From NCBI GenBank assembly GCA_963834385.1, contig CAWIBO010000005.1, positions 448,001 to 512,000 on the forward strand: a stretch of 64,000 bases of DNA, given 5' to 3'. Under the pieces are notes generated by a model. That model did not search any database and was not told the origin of the DNA. It saw only the letters and a list, made by a program, of their open reading frames with translations. Both the position numbers and the translations under genes were made by a program. Shown in pieces: positions 49,033 through 59,351 of the stretch. The DNA is from an uncultured Verrucomicrobiae bacterium. GTDB lineage: Bacteria; Verrucomicrobiota; Verrucomicrobiia; Chthoniobacterales; UBA10450. Position 1 is the stretch's first letter. Every line of letters starts with the position of its first letter.

Positions 49033-49871
49033 TCCGCCGCGCTGTCCGAAACCGTCTCGCCGGTCGCGCCCGCGCTGTCCAGTTCCCACAGGAGCCAGTC
49101 GTCGTCGGTGACGTATTTCTTGAGCTTGTTGTCCCAGCGTTGCGGCAGCTTCTGCGAAAGGCGCTCGAGAAACGGGAGCAGCGGGTTCTGCGGCGGGTGC
49201 GCCTTTTCCTGGTCATCCATCGGAATCGGCTCCCACTTGAATCTCTCCACGTAATCGGCAAACCCAAAACCGTCGAAGAACCGTCCGCTGCCGATCAACG
49301 GCATATACCAGAGACTCGGAATGCCGCGCGGGTTTGGCTTGATCGGGACCTCCGTGGCCAGCTTCTCGAGCAGGGCGGAACCGGCGGAATCGCTCTCGAG
49401 ATGTTTCCGAAGCTGTTCCAGGGCGGGGAACTCGACCGGCGGACTGACAAAAAGGACCGGCTTCCATTGCTGCCGTGAGAGGACAATTTCGTGCACGGTG
49501 CCGACGCTGTAGATGTTGGTCGGGCAATAGGCGATGGTGAAATCGCTCGTGTCGACCATGCGCAGGTCGATGTGCAGCGTTTCCCAGAAATGATCGGCGC
49601 AGTCGGAACGGGTGGCGTCCCCTTCCTGGCCCCGGGCGAAGGTCCATTTCTCGCGCACATCGACGGTGTTGATGTCCTCCAGCCCGTACTGGTGCAGGCC
49701 GCGCACCTTCGGTTTCGACCAGGGATCAAAAACGATGCCGCCGCTCGCGCGCAGAAAATCGCCTACCCGGTTGCGCCACCCGAACTTTTTTTCGTTGGCT
49801 CGGGAGGCGACAAAATCCATCGGCCCACTCAGGTAAACGCGGGCGCCGCGGAGGTGGTTGTGCTCGCTCAT
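49029..49871 (-). CDS. Nucleoside 2-deoxyribosyltransferase-like (N-glycosidase fold) protein with C-terminal extension
   Basis: [32 protein letters not shown]. Confidence 0.65.
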   Translation of the reverse strand: MSEHNHLRGARVYLSGPMDFVASRANEKKFGWRNRVGDFLRASGGIVFDPWSKPKVRGLHQYGLEDINTVDVREKWTFARGQEGDATRSDCADHFWETLHIDLRMVDTSDFTIAYCPTNIYSVGTVHEIVLSRQQWKPVLFVSPPVEFPALEQLRKHLESDSAGSALLEKLATEVPIKPNPRGIPSLWYMPLIGSGRFFDGFGFADYVERFKWEPIPMDDQEKAHPPQNPLLPFLERLSQKLPQRWDNKLKKYVTDDDWLLWELDSAGATGETVSDSAAD

Positions 49872-49938
49872 GCCGCCATGAGTGCGCTTTTTCCGAGCGA
49901 CGGGCAAACCAAAATGGCGCGCCGGTCCCGTCCCGGAT

Positions 49939-50616
49939 ATGTTTTCGTCCATGCGACACGTCGCGGAAAACATCTGGCTGATGCCGTTTCCGCTTTCGAT
50001 TGCCGGGGTGCAGGCGGGGCGCAATGTCTCCCTGGTCCGGCTGACCACGGGCGAAGTGATCATTCATTCCACCGCGCCCTTCCGCGACGCGGAGGTGGCG
50101 GAAATCCGGCGGATCGGTCCGCCCGCGGCGCTGCTCGAGGCCACCCTTTTGCACGACACCTTTGCCCGGGCGGCCCGGGCGGCTCTCCCCGGCGTGCCTT
50201 ACTTCGCGCCGCCGGCCCTCGGCGACCAGACCTTTGATCGCTGGCCGGCCTCCTGGAACGAAGAACTGGCGGTGCTGCCTCTCGCCGGCATGCCCCTTCT
50301 GCAGGAGCACCTGGTGCTGCATCGCCCCACGCGGACGCTCATCACGGGCGATTTCGTTTTTAACATGCCCCGTGACGTTTCCTGGTGGACCCGCCTCGTT
50401 TTCCGGATCGTCTCGCGAATGCGCGAATATCCCGCGATGAGCCTGGCCTTTCGGCTCGCCATCCGGGATCGCGCGGCTTTTCGCGAGTCGATGCGCCGGT
50501 TGCTGGCCTGGGATTTCGACCGGATCATTGTCGGTCACGGCGAACCCATCGAGACCGGCGGCAAGGAGATCGTCCGCGTTCTCCTGGCCCGGCACGGCCT
50601 GCTGCCGGACGATTAA
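49939..50616 (+). CDS. DUF4336-like metallo-beta-lactamase-fold protein
   Basis: IIHST, LVLHRPTRTLITGD, WDFDRIIVGHG. Confidence 0.75.
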   Translation: MFSSMRHVAENIWLMPFPLSIAGVQAGRNVSLVRLTTGEVIIHSTAPFRDAEVAEIRRIGPPAALLEATLLHDTFARAARAALPGVPYFAPPALGDQTFDRWPASWNEELAVLPLAGMPLLQEHLVLHRPTRTLITGDFVFNMPRDVSWWTRLVFRIVSRMREYPAMSLAFRLAIRDRAAFRESMRRLLAWDFDRIIVGHGEPIETGGKEIVRVLLARHGLLPDD

Positions 50617-51524
50617 AGCTCGAACTGGCTCATCGACCGGAAGACGGCGTAGCGCTCCCGGATCTCCTCCTCCGTCAGACGGCGGAGACGCTCGAGGCTG
50701 AATTCCTCGACGTTGAAGCTGGCCAGGACGCTGCCGTAGATCACGGCCCGGCGCAGGTCGGCAAACGTCACCTTGCCCCCGGCCGTGCTGGCGAGATATC
50801 CGGCCACGCCCCCGGCAAAGGTGTCGCCCGCCCCCGTGGGATCATGAATGTCTTCCAACGGATAAGCGCCGCAGCTAAAGAACTCGTTCTCGCCGAAAAG
50901 CAGCGCACCATGCTCGCCTTTTTTGATCGCGACGAAAGCCGGCCCCATCGCGCGAATGGTGCGACCGGCCTTGATCAGGCTCGTCTCCTTCGTCATGGCG
51001 CGGGCTTCGCTGTCGTTCAGGATGAGCAGGTCAACCCGCCGGAGCAGGGCATCGAGCGCCGGCCGGGCCGTCTCGATCCAAAGATCCATGGTGTCGGCCA
51101 CGACGAAACGCGGTTCCTTCATCTGGTCGAGCACGTGCGCCTGGAGCTGGGGCGCGATGTTCGCCAGGAGGACGAACTTCGTCTCCCGAAAGGCCTCGGG
51201 CAAAGTCGGCTCGAATTTTTCGAAAACGTTCAGCTCGATCGAGCGTGTTTCCCGCGTGTTCAGGTCCCACATGTATTCCCCCGACCACCGGAAGGTTTTG
51301 CCCCGGGCGCGTTCCACGCCGCTGGCGTCGATCTTGCGCTCCCGCCAGAACTCAAACTCCGAGGCGGGAAAATCGTCGCCCACGATGCCCACAAGATTGA
51401 CCGGCGAGAAGAAGCTGGCCCCGAGCGCGGCGTAGGAGGCGGACCCGCCAAGAAGATCGGCGTGCTCCTCCACCGGCGTCTTCACGGTATCAAGGGCAAT
51501 GGAACCAACGACGAGGACAGACAT
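50613..51524 (-). CDS. PfkB family carbohydrate/nucleoside kinase
   Basis: GGSASY, LNDSEA, KKGEHG, DPTGAGDTFAGG. Confidence 0.93.
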   Translation of the reverse strand: MSVLVVGSIALDTVKTPVEEHADLLGGSASYAALGASFFSPVNLVGIVGDDFPASEFEFWRERKIDASGVERARGKTFRWSGEYMWDLNTRETRSIELNVFEKFEPTLPEAFRETKFVLLANIAPQLQAHVLDQMKEPRFVVADTMDLWIETARPALDALLRRVDLLILNDSEARAMTKETSLIKAGRTIRAMGPAFVAIKKGEHGALLFGENEFFSCGAYPLEDIHDPTGAGDTFAGGVAGYLASTAGGKVTFADLRRAVIYGSVLASFNVEEFSLERLRRLTEEEIRERYAVFRSMSQFEL

Positions 51525-51536
51525 GATGCTTTGGAC

Positions 51537-52178
51537 TCAGGGGGTTTGGGATGACGGCCCGGGCAGGAGCGACCGGGCGCGGCGCGCGTAATCTGCGGGA
51601 TCATCGGCCTGGAGCAAGCCGGAAACGATCACCACCCGACGGGCCCCGGCCGCGATCACCTCGGGCAGATTCTCCTGCTTGATTCCCCCGATGCAGAAAA
51701 TGGGGAGGCGCACCGCCTGGTGCACCCGCTTGATTTCCTCCAGGCCGATCGGCCGATACTCAGGCTTGGTCGGGGTGCTGAAGAGCGGGCCGAACCCGAT
51801 GTAATCGACCGCTTCCTCCGCGGCGGCCACCGCCTGCTCAAAGCTATGCGTTGATTTGCCGATGATCCCCTCTCCCATCAGGGCACGGGCCGCGCTCACG
51901 GAAAGATCGTCCTGCCCCAGGTGCACTCCGGCCGCGCCGACCGCCCGGGCCACGGCGGGATGATCGTTGATAATGAGCGGGACGCCGGCGGGTCCGATGG
52001 CCCCGATGAGTTCGCGCGCGAGTTCCTCCACCTCCTCGGACGAAAGATTCTTGGCGCGCAGTTGCAGGAGATCGACGCCGCCGGCGAGAAGGCGCTTCGC
52101 CATGGGCGCCATCTCCGAGGCCGCGACGTATTGGAGATCGAGGATGCCGTAGAGACGGCTTTGGGCGAGCGCGCGCAC
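51537..52178 (-). CDS. thiE: Thiamine-phosphate synthase
   Basis: LYGILD, QLRAK, IINDH, HLGQDD, GKSTH, TPTKP, IGGI. Confidence 0.93.
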   Translation of the reverse strand: MRALAQSRLYGILDLQYVAASEMAPMAKRLLAGGVDLLQLRAKNLSSEEVEELARELIGAIGPAGVPLIINDHPAVARAVGAAGVHLGQDDLSVSAARALMGEGIIGKSTHSFEQAVAAAEEAVDYIGFGPLFSTPTKPEYRPIGLEEIKRVHQAVRLPIFCIGGIKQENLPEVIAAGARRVVIVSGLLQADDPADYARRARSLLPGPSSQTP

Positions 52179-52194
52179 GGGAATCCCGGAACGG

Positions 52195-53580
52195 CTACTC
52201 GTGCAGCCGGTCGGGTGGCGGCAGAATCTGGAAGGAATCGTCCGCCATGACCTTTTCCACAAAACCGGTGTCGTATTTGCCGGAGCGAAATTCCGCCGAG
52301 CGCATGATCGCGCTGTGAAAGGCCACCGTCGTTTTGATGCCGGTGATGTAATACTCCTCGAGCGCGCGCCGCATGCGATCAATCGCCGAATCGCGGGTGG
52401 CCCCGATCGTGATCAGCTTGGAGATCATCGAGTCGTAATAAGGCGGGACGACGTAACCGGTGTAGGCATGGGAATCGACCCGGACGCCGCGGCCGCCGGG
52501 CGCGTAATAGAACATGATCTTGCCGGGCGAAGGCTGGAAATTGCGCGTCGGATCCTCGGCATTGATGCGGCACTGGATGGCGTGCAGGCGCGGTTCGGCC
52601 TTTTGCACGTGCGGGGAAAGATGCTCGCCCGCGGCGATGCGGATCTGCTCCTTCACCAGGTCGCAGCCGTAAACCTCCTCGGTCACGGTGTGCTCCACCT
52701 GGATGCGCGTGTTCATTTCCATGAAATAGTAGTGGCCCTCGTTATCGACCAGGAACTCGAGGGTGCCGGCATTCTCGTAGCCCACGCTGTGGGCGAGCTT
52801 GATCGCGGCCGCCCCCATTTTCTTGCGCAGGGCCGGGGTCATGAGCGGCGAAGGACATTCCTCGACCACCTTCTGGTTGCGGCGCTGAATCGAGCAGTCC
52901 CGCTCGCCCAGGTGCACGATGTGCCCGTGCGAATCCGCCACGATCTGGAATTCGATGTGATGGGGATTCACGATCAGCTTCTCGATGTAAACCTCGGGAT
53001 TGCCAAAGGCCTTCCCCGCCTCGGTCCGGGCGGCGTGATATCCCTGGATCAGGCTGCCCTCGTTGTGCGCCGCACGCATCCCCTTGCCGCCGCCGCCGGC
53101 GACCGCCTTGATCATCACCGGGTAACCGATCTTCTTCGCCACCTTGACCGCTTCCGCCTCGCTCTCGACGATGCCGTCGCTTCCCGGGGTAACCGGGACG
53201 CCCGCCTTGCGCGCGCATTCCCGTGCGGAATTCTTGTCGCCCATGGCGGCGATGGCACTCGGCGGCGGCCCGATGAACTTGATGTTGCAGCTCTGGCAGA
53301 CCTCGGCGAAATGCGCGTTTTCGGCCAGGAACCCGTAGCCGGGATGAATGGCATCGACGTCGCCGACCTCGGCCGCGCTGACGATGCGATCGATCTTGAG
53401 GTAGCTCTCCGAGCTCGGCGGCGCCCCGATGCAGATGGCCTCGTCCGCCAGCTGCACGTGGAGCGAATCAACATCTGCTTCCGAATAAACCGCGACCGTG
53501 CGAATCCCGAGTTCCTTGCAGGCGCGAATGACGCGCAGGGCGATTTCGCCGCGGTTGGCGATGAGGATTTTTTCGAACAT
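52195..53580 (-). CDS. accC: Acetyl-CoA carboxylase biotin carboxylase subunit
   Basis: [49 protein letters not shown]. Confidence 0.96.
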   Translation of the reverse strand: MFEKILIANRGEIALRVIRACKELGIRTVAVYSEADVDSLHVQLADEAICIGAPPSSESYLKIDRIVSAAEVGDVDAIHPGYGFLAENAHFAEVCQSCNIKFIGPPPSAIAAMGDKNSARECARKAGVPVTPGSDGIVESEAEAVKVAKKIGYPVMIKAVAGGGGKGMRAAHNEGSLIQGYHAARTEAGKAFGNPEVYIEKLIVNPHHIEFQIVADSHGHIVHLGERDCSIQRRNQKVVEECPSPLMTPALRKKMGAAAIKLAHSVGYENAGTLEFLVDNEGHYYFMEMNTRIQVEHTVTEEVYGCDLVKEQIRIAAGEHLSPHVQKAEPRLHAIQCRINAEDPTRNFQPSPGKIMFYYAPGGRGVRVDSHAYTGYVVPPYYDSMISKLITIGATRDSAIDRMRRALEEYYITGIKTTVAFHSAIMRSAEFRSGKYDTGFVEKVMADDSFQILPPPDRLHE

Positions 53581-53653
53581 CAGCCAGGAAGATTAGAACG
53601 AGAGGGAGGACATTCCGACGACGCACTCACTCATACCATCCTTCATCCCCCGG

Positions 53654-54115
53654 CTATTTGACGCGAAAAAGCACCTGGCCGAATTGCACCGGCTTGCCGT
53701 TCTCGGCCACGATCTCGGCAATGGTGCCGGAGACCTCGGCCTTGATTTCGTTCATGACTTTCATGGCCTCGATGATGCAGACCACGCTTTCCGGATTCAC
53801 GCTCGCGCCGACCTCGATGTAGGAGGGTGATTCCGGCGACGACGCCCGGTAAAAAGTTCCCACCATCGGCGAAACGATGTCCTTGAGTCCGCCCCCGGCC
53901 GCCGGAGCCGGTGAAGCCGGGGAGGCCGCCGCGGGACCGCCCGGTGCAGGAGCCGGGGCCGCCATCGGGGCGGGCGCGGGGGAATACATCATGCCGCCGC
54001 CGTTCTCGTGCCCCTTTTGCAGCTTCAGCTTGAAGCCGTCCTTCTCCATCTCGAAGACCGACAGGTCGTTCTTCTTCATGAGATCGATAACGGCTTTGAT
54101 GTCTTTTAATTCCAA
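53654..54115 (-). CDS. accB: Biotin carboxyl carrier protein
   Basis: SPMVGTFY and EAMKVMNEI biotinylation motif; Pro/Ala linker; TTG start. Confidence 0.95.
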   Translation of the reverse strand: MELKDIKAVIDLMKKNDLSVFEMEKDGFKLKLQKGHENGGGMMYSPAPAPMAAPAPAPGGPAAASPASPAPAAGGGLKDIVSPMVGTFYRASSPESPSYIEVGASVNPESVVCIIEAMKVMNEIKAEVSGTIAEIVAENGKPVQFGQVLFRVK

Positions 54116-54167
54116 GGCGCCTCCCTGCGGTCTAGAGGGCCTAGGTAAAGCCGATTCGCGAAGGAGG

Positions 54168-54632
54168 TCAAGCAAACGAATCCGGGGAACGCAGCCTTTC
54201 CTCCCGGAAATCAAAAAGGCGCTGCAACTGCGGGGCAATCACGAGGCGATTGAGAACCGCGCCAAACGCCCAGAACGGCGGGACATACGTCACGAGGTCG
54301 CTCACAACCGTCCGCTCCCCAGGCGCCTCCTCGAAAAAATGCTCATGATGCCAGAGCGCATACGGTCCCACTCTTTGCTCATCGGAAAAATAATGGGGCG
54401 CCCGGACATGCGTGATCTCGGTCAGCCAGGAGACCGGAAACCCGGCCAGGGGCGAGACGGTGTATTGAATCATCATCCCGGGATAAATCGGTCCGGCCAG
54501 TTCCGTGTGGAGGCGAAACTTGAATGAGGGGGGCGTGATCCGCGAGAGATTGGCCGGATTGGAAAAGAAATCCCAGCAGGCGGCCAGCGGCATCGCGACC
54601 ACCTGGCGGCGGCGCAGGGTGTAAATCGGCAT
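54168..54632 (-). CDS. SRPBCC family protein
   Basis: WDFFSNPANL..ITPP, WLTEIT, DEQRVGPYALWHHEH. Confidence 0.88.
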   Translation of the reverse strand: MPIYTLRRRQVVAMPLAACWDFFSNPANLSRITPPSFKFRLHTELAGPIYPGMMIQYTVSPLAGFPVSWLTEITHVRAPHYFSDEQRVGPYALWHHEHFFEEAPGERTVVSDLVTYVPPFWAFGAVLNRLVIAPQLQRLFDFREERLRSPDSFA

Positions 54633-54640
54633 GGTAAACG

Positions 54641-55345
54641 TTACGCCCGGGCCGCCGGCACCGACGCCTTTCCCGCCTCATCCCGGACCACCCGGCCATC
54701 CCGCATCGTGACCTGTCGCTCCGCCGCGGAAGCCACCTCCAGGCTGTGCGTCACCACCAGCAGCGTCGTGCTCCGGTCGGCGGCGATCCCGCGCAGCAGC
54801 TCCATCACGGTCCCGGTCGCTTCACTGTCCAGGTTGCCCGTCGGCTCATCCGCCAGCAACACCCGGGGTTGATGCACCAGCGCGCGCGCAATCGCCACTC
54901 GCTGCTGTTCCCCGCCGCTCAACTGGTGGGGAAAATGCCCGGATCGCCCGGTCAAGCCCACCCGCGCGAGCAACGCCGCCGCCCGTTCCTGGCTTTGCCC
55001 CGCCGCTTCCCCCTGCAACAAAAGCGGGAAAGCCACGTTCTCTTCCACCGTCATGGTCGGAAGCAGATTGAAGAACTGGAAAACCACCCCCAGCCGGCGG
55101 CGCCGGTACTCGGTCAACGCCCGGTCATCCGCCCGGTGCAACGGCACGCCGTCCACCATGATCTCGCCCGTGGTCGGAGTGTCCATCCCGCCGATCAGAT
55201 GCATCAGCGTGCTCTTGCCGCAACCGCTCGGACCGGTCACTGCCACGAACTCCCCCTCACCGATCTCGAGCGAGACATCCTCCACCGCGTGCACCACCCG
55301 TTCCCCCTCGCTATAATGGCGGCTGACATGGCGGAGCGAGATCAT
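54641..55345 (-). CDS. ABC transporter ATP-binding protein (LolD/MacB-like)
   Basis: GPSGCGKST, FQFFNL, LSGGEQQRVAIARAL, LADEPTGNLD. Confidence 0.93.
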   Translation of the reverse strand: MISLRHVSRHYSEGERVVHAVEDVSLEIGEGEFVAVTGPSGCGKSTLMHLIGGMDTPTTGEIMVDGVPLHRADDRALTEYRRRRLGVVFQFFNLLPTMTVEENVAFPLLLQGEAAGQSQERAAALLARVGLTGRSGHFPHQLSGGEQQRVAIARALVHQPRVLLADEPTGNLDSEATGTVMELLRGIAADRSTTLLVVTHSLEVASAAERQVTMRDGRVVRDEAGKASVPAARA

Positions 55346-56111
55346 GGACCTTTATCGGCGACTCCCCCGCCCCGCGCAATCCGCCCGGACTTCCGCGTCA
55401 TTGACGAGACCGCCGATTACCTTGTCATCGACAAACCGCCGTTATTGCTGATGCATCCCACGAAACCGGACGGAACCCGGACGCTCTGGGGCGAACTGCG
55501 GCAATTGCTGGCGTTCGAGCTGGAAACGGGCGGCCAGATTTCTCTGGTGAACCGGCTGGACCGTGAGACGAGCGGCCTTGTCCTGGTGGCGAAGAATCCC
55601 GGGGCGGCCCGTCGCTTCGGCCTGATGATGCAGCGACGCCAGATCGAGAAGGAATACTTTGCCGTCGTCTACGGTCTCCCGGAATGGGAAATCAGAACGG
55701 TGGACGCGCCCATCCTGCGACAGGGCGAGCGCACCGGGACGATCATTTATCTGAAACAAATGATCCATCCCGACGGCGCGCCGGCGCTGACGGAGTTCAC
55801 CGTGGAACGCCGCCATCCGGGCGGAACGCCGCCGGTCACCCTGGTGCGCTGCCGGCCGCAGACGGGCCGGACCCACCAGATCCGCGTCCATCTCGCCTCG
55901 CTCGGGCACCCGGTCGTGGGCGATAAAATTTATGGGCCGGACGAGCGCCTCTATTTGCAATTCATCGAGACCGGCTGGACCGACGAGCTGGCCGGGAAAC
56001 TCATCCTGCCGCGCCACGCGCTTCACGCTTCGCGTCTTGCGCCTCGAAACCGGCGAGACATGGGAGAGTCCGCTCCCGGATGATCTGGGCGCGCTCCTCG
56101 CCGGCGGGTGA
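55328..56111 (+). CDS. RluA family pseudouridine synthase; apparent frameshift near 56042
   Basis: IDKPP, NRLDRETSG, TGRTHQIRVH, GDKIYG, HALHA. Shifted tail WESPLPDDL ends at TGA 56111. TATAAT at 55312-55317 precedes ATG 55328. Confidence 0.88.
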
Positions 56112-56112
56112 G

Positions 56113-56757
56113 TTATTCGACCTCGATGTCGGCAAACCGGATGGTCTTGCCGCCGAACTGGTGTGACGTGGAAAGAGTCAGCCCGCCGTGCTCCTCATAT
56201 TTTTCCCAGGAGCCATGCACGGTCTTGTCGGGCGACGGGAGATAATCCCAGGCGCGCGGGAGTTTCGACGTCGGATCAAGGTAGAAGACATATTTGTCGC
56301 CCGGGGTGAGGCCGACCTGCGCAAAGCTGAGCTGCAGCGCTTCGGCCGGGCCGCCGGCGATTTCCTTTGTCCCGAGATGCTCCAGGGTCACGCCGCGATC
56401 GAGCACCTTGAGCGGCGCCAGGAGCCAGTAGGAATCGTTGACCCAGCGGGCATACGCCGCCGTGGCTTCCTCCCCGTCGCCCGGGTCGGCCAGATTCACC
56501 GTCACATCCTTGTCCTTCCAGACGACACGATCCGTTTGACCCGCCACGTCCCAGTCGTGCCGGACCCGCGCCAGTTCCTTCCCCTGGTCCTCCACGATGA
56601 AGGTGAAACGCAGACGCTTCACCTTCGCCCAGTTTTCGCCGCCGCTCGCCTGCCAGAGTTCCTTCGCCAGGCTCCGGGCCTTTTCCTCCGTGGCGAACGC
56701 CGTTTCCGGCAGCAGGAAAGCGAGCGCGACAACGGCCAAAAGAGAGCGGGGACTCAT
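56113..56757 (-). CDS. Exported hypothetical beta-sheet protein
   Basis: Signal peptide; SGGENW, WVNDSYWL, GLTPGDKY. Confidence 0.75.
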   Translation of the reverse strand: MSPRSLLAVVALAFLLPETAFATEEKARSLAKELWQASGGENWAKVKRLRFTFIVEDQGKELARVRHDWDVAGQTDRVVWKDKDVTVNLADPGDGEEATAAYARWVNDSYWLLAPLKVLDRGVTLEHLGTKEIAGGPAEALQLSFAQVGLTPGDKYVFYLDPTSKLPRAWDYLPSPDKTVHGSWEKYEEHGGLTLSTSHQFGGKTIRFADIEVE

Positions 56758-56827
56758 GCCCACGACCGTCCGCGTGGTCGGACGCGATTGCAATTCAATC
56801 CCGCCTTCCTATCGTAGCACGCCACTG

Positions 56828-57433
56828 ATGAAACGATCCCTCCTGACCCTCCTTTTCCTTGTCTTCGCGCTGTCCGCCCGTGCCGGGATCGAGAGCCGTT
56901 TCTACAGCCAGGCCAGCGCGCCCTTCGACGCTCCTGACTTCGAGATGGCGGCGGAAACGGCCTACCTTATGGGCATCATCGGCAACCCGAACAGCTACGA
57001 GATGGGCGCCACCTTCGTGACCGCGCGCTGGCGCCTCGGGCTCAACACCAGCGACGGCTGGCTTCGGGGTTACAACCAGGTTTACCTGCTCGGCATGGTC
57101 GAGCCGATCTTTCGCGGCCCCGAAAACATCTATGCCGGGCTTTCCACCGGCTTTCGCTACAACTTCGTCCAGCCCGGCTGGAAGGTGGTCCCCTACATAT
57201 CCGGCGGCGCCGGCCTCGGCTACATCGACAGCCGCCCGCAGGTGCGCGGCGCGCAGGGCCAGGATTTCACCTTCAACATCCTGACCGCTGCCGGCGTTTC
57301 CTACCAGGTGAATGACCGGTTGAAGATTACCGCCGGCATTCTTTACCAGCATTTGTCGAACGCCGGGCAGACCTCGCCCAACCCGAGCCTCAACCTGCTC
57401 GGGCCGCAGATCGGCCTCACCTGGTCCTTCTAG
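56828..57433 (+). CDS. pagL: Lipid A 3-O-deacylase PagL-like outer-membrane beta-barrel
   Basis: Signal peptide, FTFN, YQHLSNAG...NPSLN, terminal Phe. Confidence 0.8.
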   Translation: MKRSLLTLLFLVFALSARAGIESRFYSQASAPFDAPDFEMAAETAYLMGIIGNPNSYEMGATFVTARWRLGLNTSDGWLRGYNQVYLLGMVEPIFRGPENIYAGLSTGFRYNFVQPGWKVVPYISGGAGLGYIDSRPQVRGAQGQDFTFNILTAAGVSYQVNDRLKITAGILYQHLSNAGQTSPNPSLNLLGPQIGLTWSF

Positions 57434-57443
57434 CAGGCTTCCC

Positions 57444-58061
57444 ATGGGCGCTCCGGAGGAAAATGTGCTCGTGGTGCGCCGCAGTCTGTTCGATGAGCTG
57501 GGCGCTTTCCACGGCCTGAACTTCGAGCCCGGGCCCTACCTCGACGCCATCCTGCGGCGCGGGAACAATTTCTTCATGCCGCGCGCGCAGGCGGAGAACG
57601 ATCCGACCCACAAACAGATTATCCCCTACGCTCTCATCGCGCACGAGGGGCGCGTCCTGCATTACGTCCGCGGGAAGAAAGCGGGGGAACAGCGCCTGGT
57701 GGCCAAGGGATCGATCGGCATTGGCGGTCACATGAACGACACCGACGAATCGCTCTTTGCCTGGGACGAGGAAGCCTACCGCGCCGGAGTGGAACGGGAG
57801 GTGAACGAGGAGATCACGATCACCGGCGGGTTTCAGGACCGGATCGTGGCCCTGTTAAACGACGACACCACCGAGGTCGGCCGGGTGCATCTCGGGATCG
57901 TGCACGTCTTCCGCCTGGCGGAGCCGCGGGTGGAAAAGCGCGAGGCCATGATCACCAACGTGGGCTTCAAGACCCCGGCCGAGCTGGCGGGCCTGCGCGA
58001 GAACCTGGAAACGTGGTCCCAGATTTGTGTCGATCATCTCGACCGCCTTCTCGCAGAATAG
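57444..58061 (+). CDS. NUDIX-like phosphoesterase
   Basis: AENDPTHKQIIPY, SIGIGGH, REVNEE, VGRVHLG. Confidence 0.82.
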   Translation: MGAPEENVLVVRRSLFDELGAFHGLNFEPGPYLDAILRRGNNFFMPRAQAENDPTHKQIIPYALIAHEGRVLHYVRGKKAGEQRLVAKGSIGIGGHMNDTDESLFAWDEEAYRAGVEREVNEEITITGGFQDRIVALLNDDTTEVGRVHLGIVHVFRLAEPRVEKREAMITNVGFKTPAELAGLRENLETWSQICVDHLDRLLAE

Positions 58062-58069
58062 CCGCCGCG

Positions 58070-58581
58070 TGACCCTGGCCGACCCTTCCACCCTCAACAC
58101 CATGGTCGGCAATCCCTTTGCCGTCCTTTCCCTGATAGCCGCGCCCGCGGTGCTGACCAATGCCAGCTCGGTCCTGGCCTTGAGCACGAGCAACCGGTTC
58201 CTGCGCGCGGCGGAACGGATCCGCGCGGTCTCGGAAAAACTGGAACGGTGCCGCACACCGGAGGAGAAACAGATGCTCCTCAAGCAGGTGGAACGCATCG
58301 AGAAACAGGCGGTGCTGCTGCTGCGGGCTTTGCGCGGGGTTTACGTTTCGCTCGGCGCCTTCGCCGGCGCCAGTCTCATCTCCATCGTCGGCGCGGCCCT
58401 GCCCGCCACCCCGCTCGGACGGTATGAAGCGGTCGTGGTCGCGGTCGCGCTGGTGGTCGGCGTCATCGGCGCCTTCGGGCTGATCTCGGCCTGTCTCAAT
58501 CTCTTTCACGCCACCCGGCTTTCCATGACCAACATTTCCGAGGAAGCCGCGCTGATCCGGGAGCGGGAGTCGGCCGCCTGA
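58070..58581 (+). CDS. DUF2721-like membrane protein (start 58070 or 58102)
   Basis: APAVL...STSNRF, coiled segment, two C-terminal TM helices. Confidence 0.75.
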
Positions 58582-59351
58582 TGCTGCGGCGCCTCACGGA
58601 CGCGGACGAAAGGCTGAACAGCTTTCGTTATTACAACCTGCTCGTCCCGATCTTTGTCGCGATCCTGCTCATCTCGAATCTGGTCGCGGGAAAAATCTGC
58701 GCAATCCCCCTCGGCACCTGGGGCGGGCGCGAGATCGTGGCCAACATCAGCGGGGCGCAGCTTCTTTTTCCCCTCACCTACATCTTTGGCGACATCTTTA
58801 CGGAGGTCTACGGCTATGGCGCCTCGCGTCGCGCCATCTGGCTCGGTTTCTTTTCCTCGACCATCCTCGTCGGGATGAGTCTGTTCGTCGTCTGGGTGCC
58901 GCCGGCCCCCGACTGGCCGCATCAGCACGCCTTCGAAGTCGTTTTTGGGATGGTTCCCCGCATCATCGTGGCCAGCCTCGCAGCCTACTGGCTGGGAGAA
59001 TTCGCCAACTCCTTTGTCCTCGCCAAGATGAAGATCTGGACAAACGGACGCTGGCTCTGGACCCGCACCATCGGCTCCACCGCGGTCGGCCAGTTCGTCG
59101 ACACCGCGGTCGTCATCCTCATCATTTTTGCCGGGACCACCTCCTGGAGCACGATGTTGAACCTGATCGTTTCCGGTTACGTGGGAAAGGTGCTCTATGA
59201 AACCGCGGCCACGCCGGTCACCTACCTGGTGGTGAACCGGCTCAAGCGCGCGGAGGGAGTCGATGTTTACGATCGCGAGACCGACTTCAATCCCTTCGCC
59301 CGGAACAAGGCGCCCGCTGGCGCGGCCCCGCCGGCTCCTAGCGCCGGTTGA
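58581..59351 (+). CDS. Queuosine precursor transporter (YhhQ/VUT family)
   Basis: SNLVAGK, FPLTYIFGDIFTEVYG, RTIGSTAVGQFVDT. Confidence 0.92.
   Translation: MLRRLTDADERLNSFRYYNLLVPIFVAILLISNLVAGKICAIPLGTWGGREIVANISGAQLLFPLTYIFGDIFTEVYGYGASRRAIWLGFFSSTILVGMSLFVVWVPPAPDWPHQHAFEVVFGMVPRIIVASLAAYWLGEFANSFVLAKMKIWTNGRWLWTRTIGSTAVGQFVDTAVVILIIFAGTTSWSTMLNLIVSGYVGKVLYETAATPVTYLVVNRLKRAEGVDVYDRETDFNPFARNKAPAGAAPPAPSAG

Noticed and set aside
290..56050. Frameshifts in GH31, glyQS, MmcQ, nucleotidyltransferase, bioA, nadK, metG and rluA as pseudogenes or programmed frameshifting
   Set aside because: They hit essential genes, the flanking protein sequence shows no other decay and no shared slippery motif is evident. 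Single-base sequencing or assembly indels are the simplest explanation; read mapping would confirm.
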